Source: Callorhinchus milii (lineage: Eukaryota). Taken from it: a DNA stretch of 64,000 nt. The notes below the pieces were generated by a model. It ran no database searches. It saw only the letters and a program-made list of their open reading frames with translations, and had not been told where the DNA came from. This document shows positions 23,658 through 35,366 of the stretch, piece by piece. Each line of letters opens with the position of its first letter. Position 1 is the first letter of the stretch. The stretch lies in contig NW_024704743.1 in NCBI RefSeq assembly GCF_018977255.1, forward strand, positions 108,378,001-108,442,000. Reading direction: 5' to 3'. The position numbers and the translations under genes were made by a program.

Positions 23658-25512
23658 GATATAGCGCCTTATCACATCTTTGAACATCTCAAAGTTCTTC
23701 ACAGAATGTACTGTAAAGTGAATTGACTGTATATTTTGTGGTGAAATGTGCAGTCAATTTTGCACAGTAGTGTCCCACAAACAGTCTTGGAGTGAGTGAC
23801 CAAATTGTTAATTTTTTTTTTGAAGGTATTATTACAACAACATGATTCCATTTATTGAGCGCCTTTCACATCGGGAGGATGTCCCAAGGCACTGTACAGT
23901 TGGGTCAGGTCCCGAGCAAGGGGGAAATGGTCAGGGTGAGGGGAGGGAAGGGAGGGAGCGAGGAGGGGGTAGAGAGTCGAGAGGGGAGCTGAAGGCACGG
24001 TCAAAGAGAAAGGTCTTGAGACTGGCCTTGAAGGAGGAAAGGGAGGAGGCAAGGCGAAGGCACTGGGGGATAGAGTTCCAGAGCCTAGGGGCTGAGAGGC
24101 TGAAGGCCCGGCCACCGATGGTAGGGTGGTTGGGGCGGGGGATGTGGAGCAGACCGGAGACAGAAGAACGGAGGGTACGGGCAGGTAGGTAGGGGGATAG
24201 TAGGTCAGAGAGGTAGGAGGGTGCAAGGCCATGAATGGCCTTGTAGGTGAGGATGAGGATCTTGAATTCGATCCTCTGGGGGATGGGGAGCCAGTGGAGG
24301 CGAGCGAGGGTGGGAGTGATGAGGTCCCGAAGCCTGGTGTGGGACAGTACACGAGCTGCAGAGTTCTGAATGACCTGCAGCTTGTGGAGGGAGGTGCCGG
24401 GAAGGCCGGCGAGGAGAGAGTTCCCATAGTCCAGCCTTGAGGTGATAAAGGCGTTGACCACAGTTTCAGCAGCGTGAGGGGTGAGGTAGTGCCGTAGTCT
24501 TGCGACATTCCGGAGGTGATGGAAGGCAGTGCCAGTTGTGGCGCGGATATGAGGGAGAAAGGACAGCTCAGGGTCGAACAGAACCCCGAGGTTCCTGACT
24601 GGCTTTGAGAGGTGGAGAGTGCAGCCTTGGATGCTGCTGCTGTCAGCGCCTGAGGTGCGGAGGCGCTGACGTGAGCCAATCAGGAGGGCCTCAGTTTTGC
24701 GCACGTTGAACTGGAGAAAGTTATCTCTCATCCAGGACTCTATGTCGGACAGGCAGGCTGTCAGGACATCGGTGGTCATGGAGTTGAGGGTAGAGGAGGA
24801 AAGGTAGAGTTGGGTGTCATCCGCATACATGTGGAAGTTAACCCCATGTCTGCGGATGATGTCACCAAGGGGGAGCATGTAGAGGGTGAAGAGGAGGGGA
24901 CCGAGGACAGAGCCCTGAGGGACACCGCAGAAGACAGTGCGGGTGCCGGAGGAAAAACCATTCGTGGAGACAAAGTGAAGACGGTGGGAGAGGTACAACC
25001 TAAACCACTCAAGGACAGGGCCTTGAAAGTTTAGGTGGGAGGACAAGCGGTGGAGGAGGATAGCATGGTCGACCGTATCGAATGCTGCCGATAGGTCGAG
25101 GAGGCAGAGGGAGCCCTGGTCACAGATGGTCAGGATGTCATTGGTGAACCTTGACCAGGGCAGTTTCTGTGCTATGGGCAGCACGGAAACCCGACTGAAG
25201 GGGTTCGAATAATGAATGGTTGGAGAGGAAAGAGCGCAGCTGGGAGGCAACAACTCGTTCCAGGACCTTGGAGAGGAAGGGGAGGTTGGAGGTGGGCCGG
25301 TAGCTTGATAGCTGCGACGCATCAAGGGAGGGTTGATTACCCCTGGAAAAGAGAACCGCCAATCGACTAACAACTGAGTTCCTGCTTACTGCTAGGTAAA
25401 CAGAGACTAGTGGAGTAAGGAAACTTGCCTACCGTTTCACCCTGCCCAGGAATCAAACCCATGCCCTCTTGTTTGCAAGGCAAGTGCTCCAACCAATATG
25501 CTACAGGACTCC
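23658..25512 (-). mobile_element. tRNA-Ala SINE split by an L2 insertion (parts 23658-23835 and 25335-25512)
   Basis: The two parts are contiguous in the family consensus (gaaggaattattac|ccc...gaaaag). Confidence 0.85.
23834..25334 (-). mobile_element. Young L2 LINE, about 1.5 kb, RT domain nearly intact (one frameshift)
   Basis: SYRPTSNLPFLSKVLERVV...QSGFRAAHSTETALVK / LLDLSAAFDTVDH...GVPQGSVLGPLLF...YADDTQLY...LHWLPI...APRLWNSIP. 5'-truncated, with no endonuclease domain. Confidence 0.97.
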
Positions 25513-25714
25513 ATGATTCCATTCTATGATTCCTCAATCAAGTTCTGTTCTCAGAAACTCTCCTCTTTAGATAGAGTGCCAGGAGAGATATTTTAGTTTA
25601 AATTGTGGTCAATAAAGAAGGACCAGTGTTGGGAATGGACTGAAATTAGTTGAAATTACATCCAAAATAAGCAGTCACCAAGGCTAGTGAGGAGAGACTA
25701 ACTATTAAAGCTGG

Positions 25715-25962
25715 TCGCTTTGGAACTCCATCCCATAATCCCTTCACCTTGCTATTTCCCTTGCCTCCTTCAAGGCACGACTCAACACCTTCCTTTTCAA
25801 CCGTGCCTTTAGCCGCCCTCCTACCTCTCTGCCCTCCCTCATCCCAACCCTGGCCCTCCCCCCCCCCCCCAACTCTCAGGTCCTGATCCCCAACTGTTCA
25901 ACACCTTTGGACAATTTCCCAACGTGAGGCGTGCTTTACAAATGTAATTTTGTTGTTTTGTT
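25715..25962 (+). mobile_element. L2 3' fragment
   Basis: tggaactccatccc...ctccttcaagg...aaatgtaattttgttgtt. Confidence 0.8.
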
Positions 25963-25991
25963 GTGGGTTTCAGCCACTTCTAATCAACCTG

Positions 25992-26247
25992 GTGTCAGCC
26001 TGACTCAGTTGTTAGTACTCACGCCTCAGGTGAGAGAAGGTTGTGGGTTCAAGTCCCATGTTGGGACTTTTTTGAAGCTCCAGTCTAGGCTGACCCCCTC
26101 CATTGCTAGGGGAATGTATCTTTGTTCGAGTTGTCGTCTCTGAGATGAGATGTTATACCGAGGTTCAATCTACCTGGTCAGATGGACATTACAGTGTATC
26201 CTGTGAAGCGCTTTAAAACATCTCGAATGCAAGGATTATTATTATTA
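25992..26247 (+). mobile_element. DeuSINE-type SINE with internal deletion
   Basis: Head gtgtcagcctgactcagttgttagtactc and tail gcaaggattattatt. Confidence 0.75.
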
Positions 26248-26279
26248 AAGATACCGTAGAATTATTCCAAAAGAGAAGG

Positions 26280-26672
26280 CATCTATAGCATGCTTCATGT
26301 CAGGAGGATAGGTCAAAGTGCTTCACAGGATTTACTGAAAAGTGTAGTGACTATTTTGTAGGGAAACATGGCAGCAATTTGCATACAACAATTTCCCTAA
26401 ACAGCATTGAAGTCAATAACCAATTGTATCTGGAGAATTGTTGGCCAGGACCTGGGAGAACTCCCTTCTCTTTTCAAATAGTGTCATGGGATCTTTAACA
26501 TCCATCTGAATAGTTGGATTCACAGCCGTTTAACATTTCGTTCAAAGAGTGACACGTCTGGTATTGCAGTGCTCTGTCCGTTTTAGTGTTAGACTAAAAG
26601 TCGAAACATGGGGCTGGAGTACAATTTTCTGACCAGAGGCAAGAGTGCTACCAACTGAGCCAGCTGACACTG
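26280..26672 (-). mobile_element. DeuSINE-type SINE
   Basis: Antisense Deu core (ttggccaggacctgggagaactcccttctcttttcaaatagtgtcatgggatctttaacatcc) and head. Confidence 0.85.
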
Positions 26673-29579
26673 TCATAGAGATGGGTTTTAGGTGGAAGCA
26701 CAGTCTGACCTGAATCCTGTATTAATTCAGCCGTCTTTGATAGAGAAAAGGCTGATGAATTTTTCCCTTGGTATCAGTAGCTGGGAGTTTGCAACTCTTG
26801 AGTGGGGGAGAGAGAGAGGGGGGGGGGGGGAGAGAAAGAGGGGGGATCCCTGGCACTGCCTCTGACACAACCTCTCTCCTTCCCTCTGACATGGATGAAT
26901 TGAATCCTCCCTTGAATCAGATGAATTGATGCAAATCTTACACAAACGTTAATAAATTGATAAAGATGAGCAAGTGCTGACAGCTTGATACTGAAAAAAG
27001 GTTCTGCATATTAAATCATGCGATTTGTTGCCTGCAGTTTTTTCCTTGAAGCCATTAAATATGATTATGATTTGAAGATTGGAGCTTATTATTAATAAAT
27101 GACTCTTTTTGCAATCTAGTGTATAGCAAGCGGTTTAACCCTTAAATAATGGAAATAACCTTTGAGGACCAATATACTGTAATAAAATTACAGCCTTTTA
27201 AGTTGTTCAGCCTCTTCCTCCAGAAGGCAGCGTGGGACACACTCAGGAGAGAATCATGAACTTTTTCTTGCAATGGAATTTTAAGTGGAAAATAGTTGTT
27301 TAAGAATCCAACTGCATCATTTCAACTTAGCTTCAGAAATGAACATTATACTAGGATGCAATTATGCCTTAAAACAGTTTGAGGAATCAGGGGGAACAGA
27401 CCCATCACTCAATATGACACTTGAGACCACAACCATGTCAGAAACTGAGAGGTGGTGGAGGATTGAGTGTGTTTTCTTCTCCCGACAGTAGAGGGCACTG
27501 GAATCCTGGTGAAGCAGTTTAAGGGAACTTATTTAATTATGTATTATTGAATCAAATCATTATTTCAATGTTAATAAGAATCTTTATTGTGTGAATTGTA
27601 TTTTTAATTAACATTCCCAAAACTTACCATTTCCACTAGTAAAACTATGAAACATCGCTCTGTGTGAAGTTCTGTTGTCTTCAGGTCCCTGACCCTCAGG
27701 TTTTCACATTGAAAATATTCATAGATTTACATAGATACTCTCAGCAACCTCGACTTATTGTCTAGCTTCCATTTTCTTTTCAAAAAACATTATTAATAGA
27801 TTATTATACCACTGTCTTGCATTACAACAACAACTTGTATTTATTTAGTGCTCTTCATGCAGAATGATATCTCAAAAGCATTTGACAGTAGCAGGGATGG
27901 ATGCTGCGCTGGTGGGAGGGGGAGGAGGCAAATGGGGAAGTGACCATAGATGTGGTCCAAGAGGTATTTCAGTTATAAGAGAGGTCTTTGGAATGACTTC
28001 TTACAGAGGTGTGAAGAATGTTACTTGGTCATTAATTAACCCAGGAATACCTGCTACATGTATTAATGTTATTTGCAAGTGAGATACTTATACAACAGAT
28101 TGATTCAACATGAATACATCTTTTGATAGTGACTGCTCTTTATTGGAGCCTCCGAAATAGTGCCCCGTTTTACGATATCATAATTCCTACAACTAGCGTG
28201 TTTCTTCCACTCCTTAAATGTTACTCAGTATAATATGCAGGATGCATTTATCGCACACAGGATAATAATAATAATAATAATAATCCTTGCATTTGATATA
28301 GCGCTTTTCACGTCGGGAGGACGTCCCACAGCGCTTCACAGAACACACTATAAAGTGAATTGACTGTATATTTTATATTTATATTTTATATTTATATTTT
28401 ACATAAATGTATAGGATACATTTCCTAACAAATAATGTCAAGGTTCACATTCATTACTTTTTATGGAAAGTACACCAAATGGGACATGGATTAACATATA
28501 TAATATACAATTTACATTTATCTAGTGCCTTTCACATTGCTTAAACACTGTTGGTTGAACACCCGAGCTGAGGTGGAAGCCAAAGGGGCAGAGAGGGGAA
28601 AGATGACCAAATGTGGGGTCAAAGGGATACACCTTAAGATAGACATTAAAATGGATGCATTTTAATAGATATATTTTTCACTGAAAGCGTTACCACTTCT
28701 AACATGAACTCATCTATAACACAAACCATATCATTGTTGAGAAATAAAATACAAGTCACCTAATCACAGCATGAATTCAACTCTGCGCAATTGGCTGCTG
28801 CGTTTCACCCACAAATTATACAGTCAATTCATTTACAGTATATTTTTTGAAGCGCTTTGAGACGTGATAAGGCATTATATCAAATGCAAGGTTTATTATT
28901 ATTAGGTTTAACCCAGTCGTACTGCACTAACAATGTGCCTTGACCACAACCCCTTGAGAACACGCTTTGCCACACAAGCGTGACATTTCTGTTTAATATC
29001 CCACCATATGTATGAAATTTGCACAATCTGAGTGTTAATCTGCACAATTAATACAAATTCAGGAGCAATTTTAACGTCTTGCCAATGGCAACTGAGCTAA
29101 GACTGCTCAAACACATTTCCCTTAAGACCTGGTGGGAACATGAAAAGAATTCCATTCCACCAGCCTGAGATTGATTCAAGACAAGATTGCAAGAGAGTTT
29201 CAGAGGAAAAAGACCTTTTGGCTCATTTGATCTCATCCTTCCATAACATCCAACTCACCATGGTCCCAGTACAGTATCATCTTAAAATGAGTCAGGAAGG
29301 GTGGTAAAGACCAGTGTGCTTGCCCCAATCTTTCTTCCTGGTAATATATTCCAGCTGCTTCTTATTCACTTTATAAAGAAAACATTTTTGATGCCTGTCC
29401 TAAAACTGATCCTCTGAAGGTATTGTTCTGGGATCAGGTTCTCTGTCCCATATGTGTTTTATATTACCTTTTTTAATGTCCTCTCTCTTTTCAAGGCTGA
29501 ATTGTTAATTCTGATTCATGATTGAAATGACAAGATTCACTAATAAATGTGCAAACATACTGAAAAAAAATCACAATCC

Positions 29580-29920
29580 TGGGGCAGCCCTGATGTTATT
29601 GTAGACAGAACTGTAACTTGCATACCAAGAACTTGCTGGTTTGAATCCCAGTCCATTGCTGAAGCTAAATTGGCCGTGGCCTTCCTCTGGGTAAAATTAA
29701 CAGGTGTTCTGCTCCCAGTTTCTCTTCATCACCCTCTACTGGTGTGAGGCAGCCCAGTGAAGTCAGTTGGGTTCAGGTGTGAAGCTCTCAACAGGCAAGT
29801 TGCCTGCAGACACTCATTGTCAATGTTCACTTGTGAACAGTGGCCACTTGGGCAGAGTATCGAATCCCAGCACAAGAGGACTGGGGACCAGGAGAATATG
29901 GCAATGGGAAGAAAGTTGAA
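29580..29920 (+). mobile_element. Probable old SINE of a third family
   Basis: B-box-like ggtttgaatccc at about 29638 and a GC-richer body ending in an A-rich tract. Family not identified. Confidence 0.4.
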
Positions 29921-32573
29921 AACACAACATTTTTATCTAAGAAAAATCACAATCCTGAATGCTGAACTTTTGGACATTTTCTTAGGGAAAAGCAAAACAC
30001 CATCGATAAAACAACCTTTCATCCAAGATTATGTGTGTGTGGTGTGTATACGTTTGTGTATGTTTGTGTGGTGGGCAGGCAATGTTTTAGGAATTATTAG
30101 GGATGTGCAAATTCAGCCACAAACTGGAATAGCAAGTGGCTTCATTTTTAAGCCAAATTAATACAATATTGGGTTGAATGGCCTCCTGCACAGTAAATTT
30201 CTATGATTCAATCTTGAAGGGGTGTGGGGATAGGGCAGGGTAGGGAAATTAAGTGCACACCTTGCGCTTGCTCTTGGTGCTGACTCAATGGACCGAATGG
30301 CCTCCTCTTATGCTGTAAATTTCTATGATTCTAGTACAAAATTAGATCCCACATTGGGACTCTGAACTCGTGGTTTAGGGCTGATATTCCAGTGAAATGC
30401 TGAGGGAATGTTTCTACATACTTTGTCTTGCTTTAAATTACTACACTTAACTGCAAAGTGCTTTGAGATGTCCCCTCCCAACATGAAAGGCGCTATATCA
30501 AATGCAAAGAATATTATTATTATTATAGGTCCATTTATCCCATTTCAAATGTAACCTCATTAATATTATTACATTTGCAGCAAAAGGAATTTATCAGTTC
30601 AGTGCTGCAACCCACTGTTCTGTGTAATCCCAAATAACTCACACTTAACTTTTCTTGTGCCAGTCACTTGAAGTTTCCATTGAAAGTGCTGAGCGAGGTC
30701 CCCTCTGGTATCCGAAGGATCAATTCCACCTTCTTTCATGACAGAAATGAATTTGTTCCCATATCCAGCTAGATTGCTTTTGTAACATTGTTCTGAATTT
30801 TTTTTTGTAAAGTCATATCGATAAATAGCAATTTAGGAACGAAAGAATAAGCTTATTTGTCAGTTTCTCCTCCTTCTCCCAGATGACGCAGCTGAGACTG
30901 GCAAAATGTATCCTCTCTAGGGTAAGCCTTGGAGCAAATATTCACGCAGGCTCAGATTCAAACTGAGAAGGAAATTAAGACTCCGCCTAACAAACCTGGT
31001 GTTGATCAGTGGGTGTCTCAATCTTACAACGGGTTCACCAGATTAACCCCGAGGAAATTGCATGATTTAACTCTTCGGTGCTGATGGAATTGTCATTTAT
31101 AATAATAAATAAAAATCGAATTGTTATTTAACTTGGAACAAAGCTCAGATTATTCTTTACCAATCTATTTGCTTTTCTCTCCTTTATGTCCAATTGCAAT
31201 GCTACCCCAATGCCAGTAATGGAGGGATTCAATCACAAGGGTAAACAAATGGGGCATTTCATAACAGATTCAATATGATAATTATCAGTATAATAACAAC
31301 GAAGGTGACACTTGAAATGGTGATGAAATAAGGGTGCTAATAGAAATGCCACCTAGTTTCAGCCTGTTAAGGTCATTTTACCTTAAAATTCAAGACTGCA
31401 TAGAAATTGCGGAAAATTCTTAAATTCAGACTTAACTTGGAAGTTTGTGCACAATTAAAAGCAACCAGCGTCCAAATTAAAACTAGATATAAGAATTTTC
31501 CACAGTTCTGCGCTACCTTAAATTTAAGCCAAAATAGTTTTACAAGCTCAGTCTACATGGAACTTCAGGCCTCTGGTGATAAGGGAACATCATTGGGGAT
31601 GATGCCATCATTGCCTAGAATCTGGTCACTGCTATTTAGGTTATGCAGGTGACCTTCTCATCAGCCTCTGCTAATGCTGCTGTTCCATTACCATCTACTA
31701 GGAGGTGGATTTGGGCAGCATCCTCATGAAATATTACCTGTACTTCCCTGTGTGAAGGCCTGAACTTATCATATAATAATCCTTGCATTTGATATAGTGT
31801 ATACCGCCACATGCAACAGTCACTAGACTAAACAGTAAAATCCTCGAAGAGCTTTGAGACATTTTGACCTGATAAAGTGCTATATCAAATGCGAGGATTA
31901 TTATTACTGTTAGCAGTCCTTGTTCAAGCTTCAGGCCATTAATGCTTTTTGAAGAAGAGTAAAAAAAAATCAAAATTTAATGCTCAAACCAAACCACCGT
32001 TAAGAGCTGGTTCAAGTTAGCCTTAAGAGCACTCCTGAAATTACAGCTGTGAATAATGAGAAAGCAGAGGTTACTCTCAGTCCATCCCAGTCTACATGAA
32101 AATACTTACCCTACCATTAAACCCCATGGAGCCAGGCACAAAGTTCCATTCGGGCAGCAGTCATTTACCGCCTGCTGTTAATGGGCAGAAAGGTCATCGC
32201 ACACATGAAAATAAACCATAGCATCTCTACCAGCAACTAGACAGAATCTGCGGAAAAACATCTCAGACATACAGGACTCCTTAATATACAAGTCTTTCTT
32301 GCACATTCTACAGCAGATTACTTTTCTCCACTAAGAGTTTATAAATAAATAATTGAAACCGAGTTTAAACATGTATTAGAGAATGAGAACTTTTCAGCTG
32401 TTAGGTCTTGGTGAATGGATTTCTCCCTCCCCTGACATTATTTGCTATTATGTTACATTGGAAGAGGTTTTTAGTACAGCATCAAGGCTATGTGGACATG
32501 TGCTACTGCACAACTGTGTACTGCCCCGAAATTCATGTGACACACAAAGGGGTAAAATTCAATTTACGCAACA

Positions 32574-32926
32574 TTAAATAGTGGAAACAAATAAATGCTA
32601 GGAGCTGGATAAAGAGAAAATGTCTCATATTGTGTCCAGAATTTGGTAAATTCTTAAACACAGTCTTAAATTTTAAGTCAGTTTTCTGTAAGTTTCCTAG
32701 TTAATCCTAAATTCAACAATTTGTCTAATTCTGCATGCTTTGAAATGCTACATTAAAAATCTAGACCCAGGTGGAGTTTTACCACCAAGTTCACCTGGCT
32801 ATAAAGTAAAGAGATTTCGCTTTTACATTACTCCTGTTAAAGTGCCAACTTATTATATGTGAGTCAAAAATATGAGACACTTTCTCTTTATCCAGCTCCT
32901 AGCATTTATTTGTTTCCACTATTTAA
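32574..32926. repeat. 58-bp inverted repeat, 57/58 identical
   Basis: Arms at 32574-32631 and 32869-32926. Confidence 0.92.
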
Positions 32927-34390
32927 CTTTGCTAACACTGTAAATTGAAGTTGGTTTTCCTTTAGCATGACTACACTTGTTAAATTCAGTTGCTATGCGC
33001 AACCCACAAATACACAGTCAATTCACTTTACAATACATACTGCTAATCCTAGTAAGTTTAGGACAACTTATTCAATTGGTACTTTAGCAATTAGTTAAAG
33101 GTACCAGAATGTGTCTCTGTCCTTCCTCCCCCTCCCCCATTTGCTGCAACAATATTGAAGGACTGTATCATTCTCTTAGTGCAGTGGGATATATTTGGGA
33201 TTGTTGTCATTAAAAATTAAACTTTGAGACATCTCATCAATGAGATAAAGCCCTCTATCAAATGCAAGGATTATTATTAAAAATGCTTTGGAGAGATCAT
33301 TTCAGATGGTGGCATAGAACAGACGAAGTAATGAACAACAAAATTGTAATCAGAGACGCAGGTATTGGTGAAGATTCTGCATGTCAAACAGAGGTTGTTT
33401 GAAGCTCGGGGCTTTTTGTTTAATACAAACACGGTGAATGCAAAAAGTAGGAATGGTGCTTTAATTTAAGGTAGATCCCTGAGTAACAGAGGCTGTGCAT
33501 TCAACTTGCATCCATGATTTATGACATTTAGCAGTAGTGTATGAATGGTAATGGTTTTGACAGTTGCATCTGAGCCCAATCCAACTCTTCCTCTGATGGC
33601 AAGGGTTGTCTTTGGCAGACTAGTACATTTAGGACAACTTATTCAATCGTCTCTTTAGCACATGTTAAATGTCCCAGAGTGCTCTTACTCTTGCTCCCGC
33701 TCCCCCACTTTCTGCAATCTTATTGAAGTGCTGTATCATTCTCTTTGTGCAGTGATGGCCAAGCTTTTGCTAAGGTGTGACACAGTGTGACAAGACATAT
33801 CATCGTGCCACTAAAAAAAAAGAAAAATATTACTGGAAAAGAAAGATGCATTTATTAAGAAATTCTACAATGAAATATCAAACAAGTTACTTAATGAGTT
33901 TTCTGAATTTGTTTTTTTTTCATGATATCTTCAATATTTGGATTCAGTTTTGAGCGCACCAATAGAAGATATTAAGGTGATCACCTGTTAGTATTTTTTT
34001 ATAAAGTTCATGGAGGAAAAGGACTGCTCACAGGTGTAGGTTGATCCGAAACTGCACACCTCTGCTGGTCATGCAATTTAGGAAAATCACTTTTAGGGAC
34101 GAATTTCCAAAACGACTTCAAGTCCTGCCTTACAGGACAAGCACACAGTTCTTTGAATTTGCTTCGTAGGCCTGAATGATTTTTAAATTCCAAAATTTCC
34201 AACTGCAGATCTGGTGGATAATGTTCAACCTCAGTGTCTGAAAGAAAGAAAGGTTGATGAAAAGTGCTATAATGTCTTTGTGTTCTTTAAAATCTTGTAA
34301 ACGTGCATCAAAGGAATTAAGTCGTGAAAAATCATGTTCTTATATTTTTCAAAATTGATGATGAGGTTACTGACACTTTTTAACTGTTGC

Positions 34391-34706
34391 AATAATAATA
34401 ATAATCCTTGCATTTGATATAGTGCTTTTCACATCTTCTAGATGTCTCAAAGCGCTTCACAGAATATGCTGTAAAGTGAATTGACCGTATATTTGTGGGC
34501 GAAACGCGGCAGCCAATTGCTCACAACAGTGTACCACAAACAGTTGTGGATTGAAAATGAACAATTTATTATTGTTTTGTTTTTTGGAGGGATTAGTATT
34601 AGGCGTGTGGAATAAGGAAACTTGCCCAAGGTTTCGCCCTGCCTGGAATTGAACCCAGGTGTCTCGCTTGCAAGGCGAGTGCTCTAACCACTGAGCTACA
34701 GGACTT
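34391..34706 (-). mobile_element. tRNA-Ala SINE nested in the hAT transposase
   Basis: Complete head-to-tail antisense copy with an internal deletion. Confidence 0.9.
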
Positions 34707-35020
34707 CACGTGAACAAAGTGATCCAGTTTTTTTTTAAGACAAAATATTCAGAAACAGATTAAGTTTGGCCTTGAAAGCTCAAATTAAATTAAACAGAGT
34801 TGGAAAAAGGCAATCGTTTCCTTGCAAGGGTGCATTGAGGTTGTTAAAATGACCAGTAATATTTGTAAGGAAAGCAAGGTCACTGAGCCAGTCTTTGGCT
34901 TGAAGGAGCTTGCAGTTCAAGTCTTTGGTGCAATGAAAAATACAATGGTACTTGAATAACTTTTCCAACAAAGCAACACAACCATTCCTCTTTCCAGTCA
35001 CAGCAGGTGCCCCGTCTGTA

Positions 35021-35366
35021 ATAATAATAATCCTTGCATTTAATATAGCACCTTATCATGTCTTCGATATGTCACAAAATATACTGTAAAGTGAATTGAC
35101 TGTATATTTTGTGGGTGAAAAGCAGCAACCAATTGCCCATACCAGTGTCCCACAAACATTTGTGGATTGAGTGACCAAATTATTATTATTATTTATTTTT
35201 GAAGGAATTAGTACCCCCACCAATTGGCTAACAATCGGATTCCGAGTTACTGCTAGGCAAACAGGCGTGTGGAGTAAGGAAACGTGCCGAACGTTTCGCT
35301 CTGCCGGCAATCAAACCCAGGTCCTCTGGTTTGCGAGGCGAGTGCTCTAACCACTAAGCTACAGGA
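35021..35366 (-). mobile_element. tRNA-Ala SINE nested in the hAT transposase
   Basis: Complete antisense copy. Removing it restores LQSICTDGAPA. Confidence 0.92.

Noticed and set aside
23852..25373. RT ORF as a retron-like or domesticated reverse transcriptase system
   Set aside because: It is an ordinary 5'-truncated, frameshifted L2 nested in a SINE.
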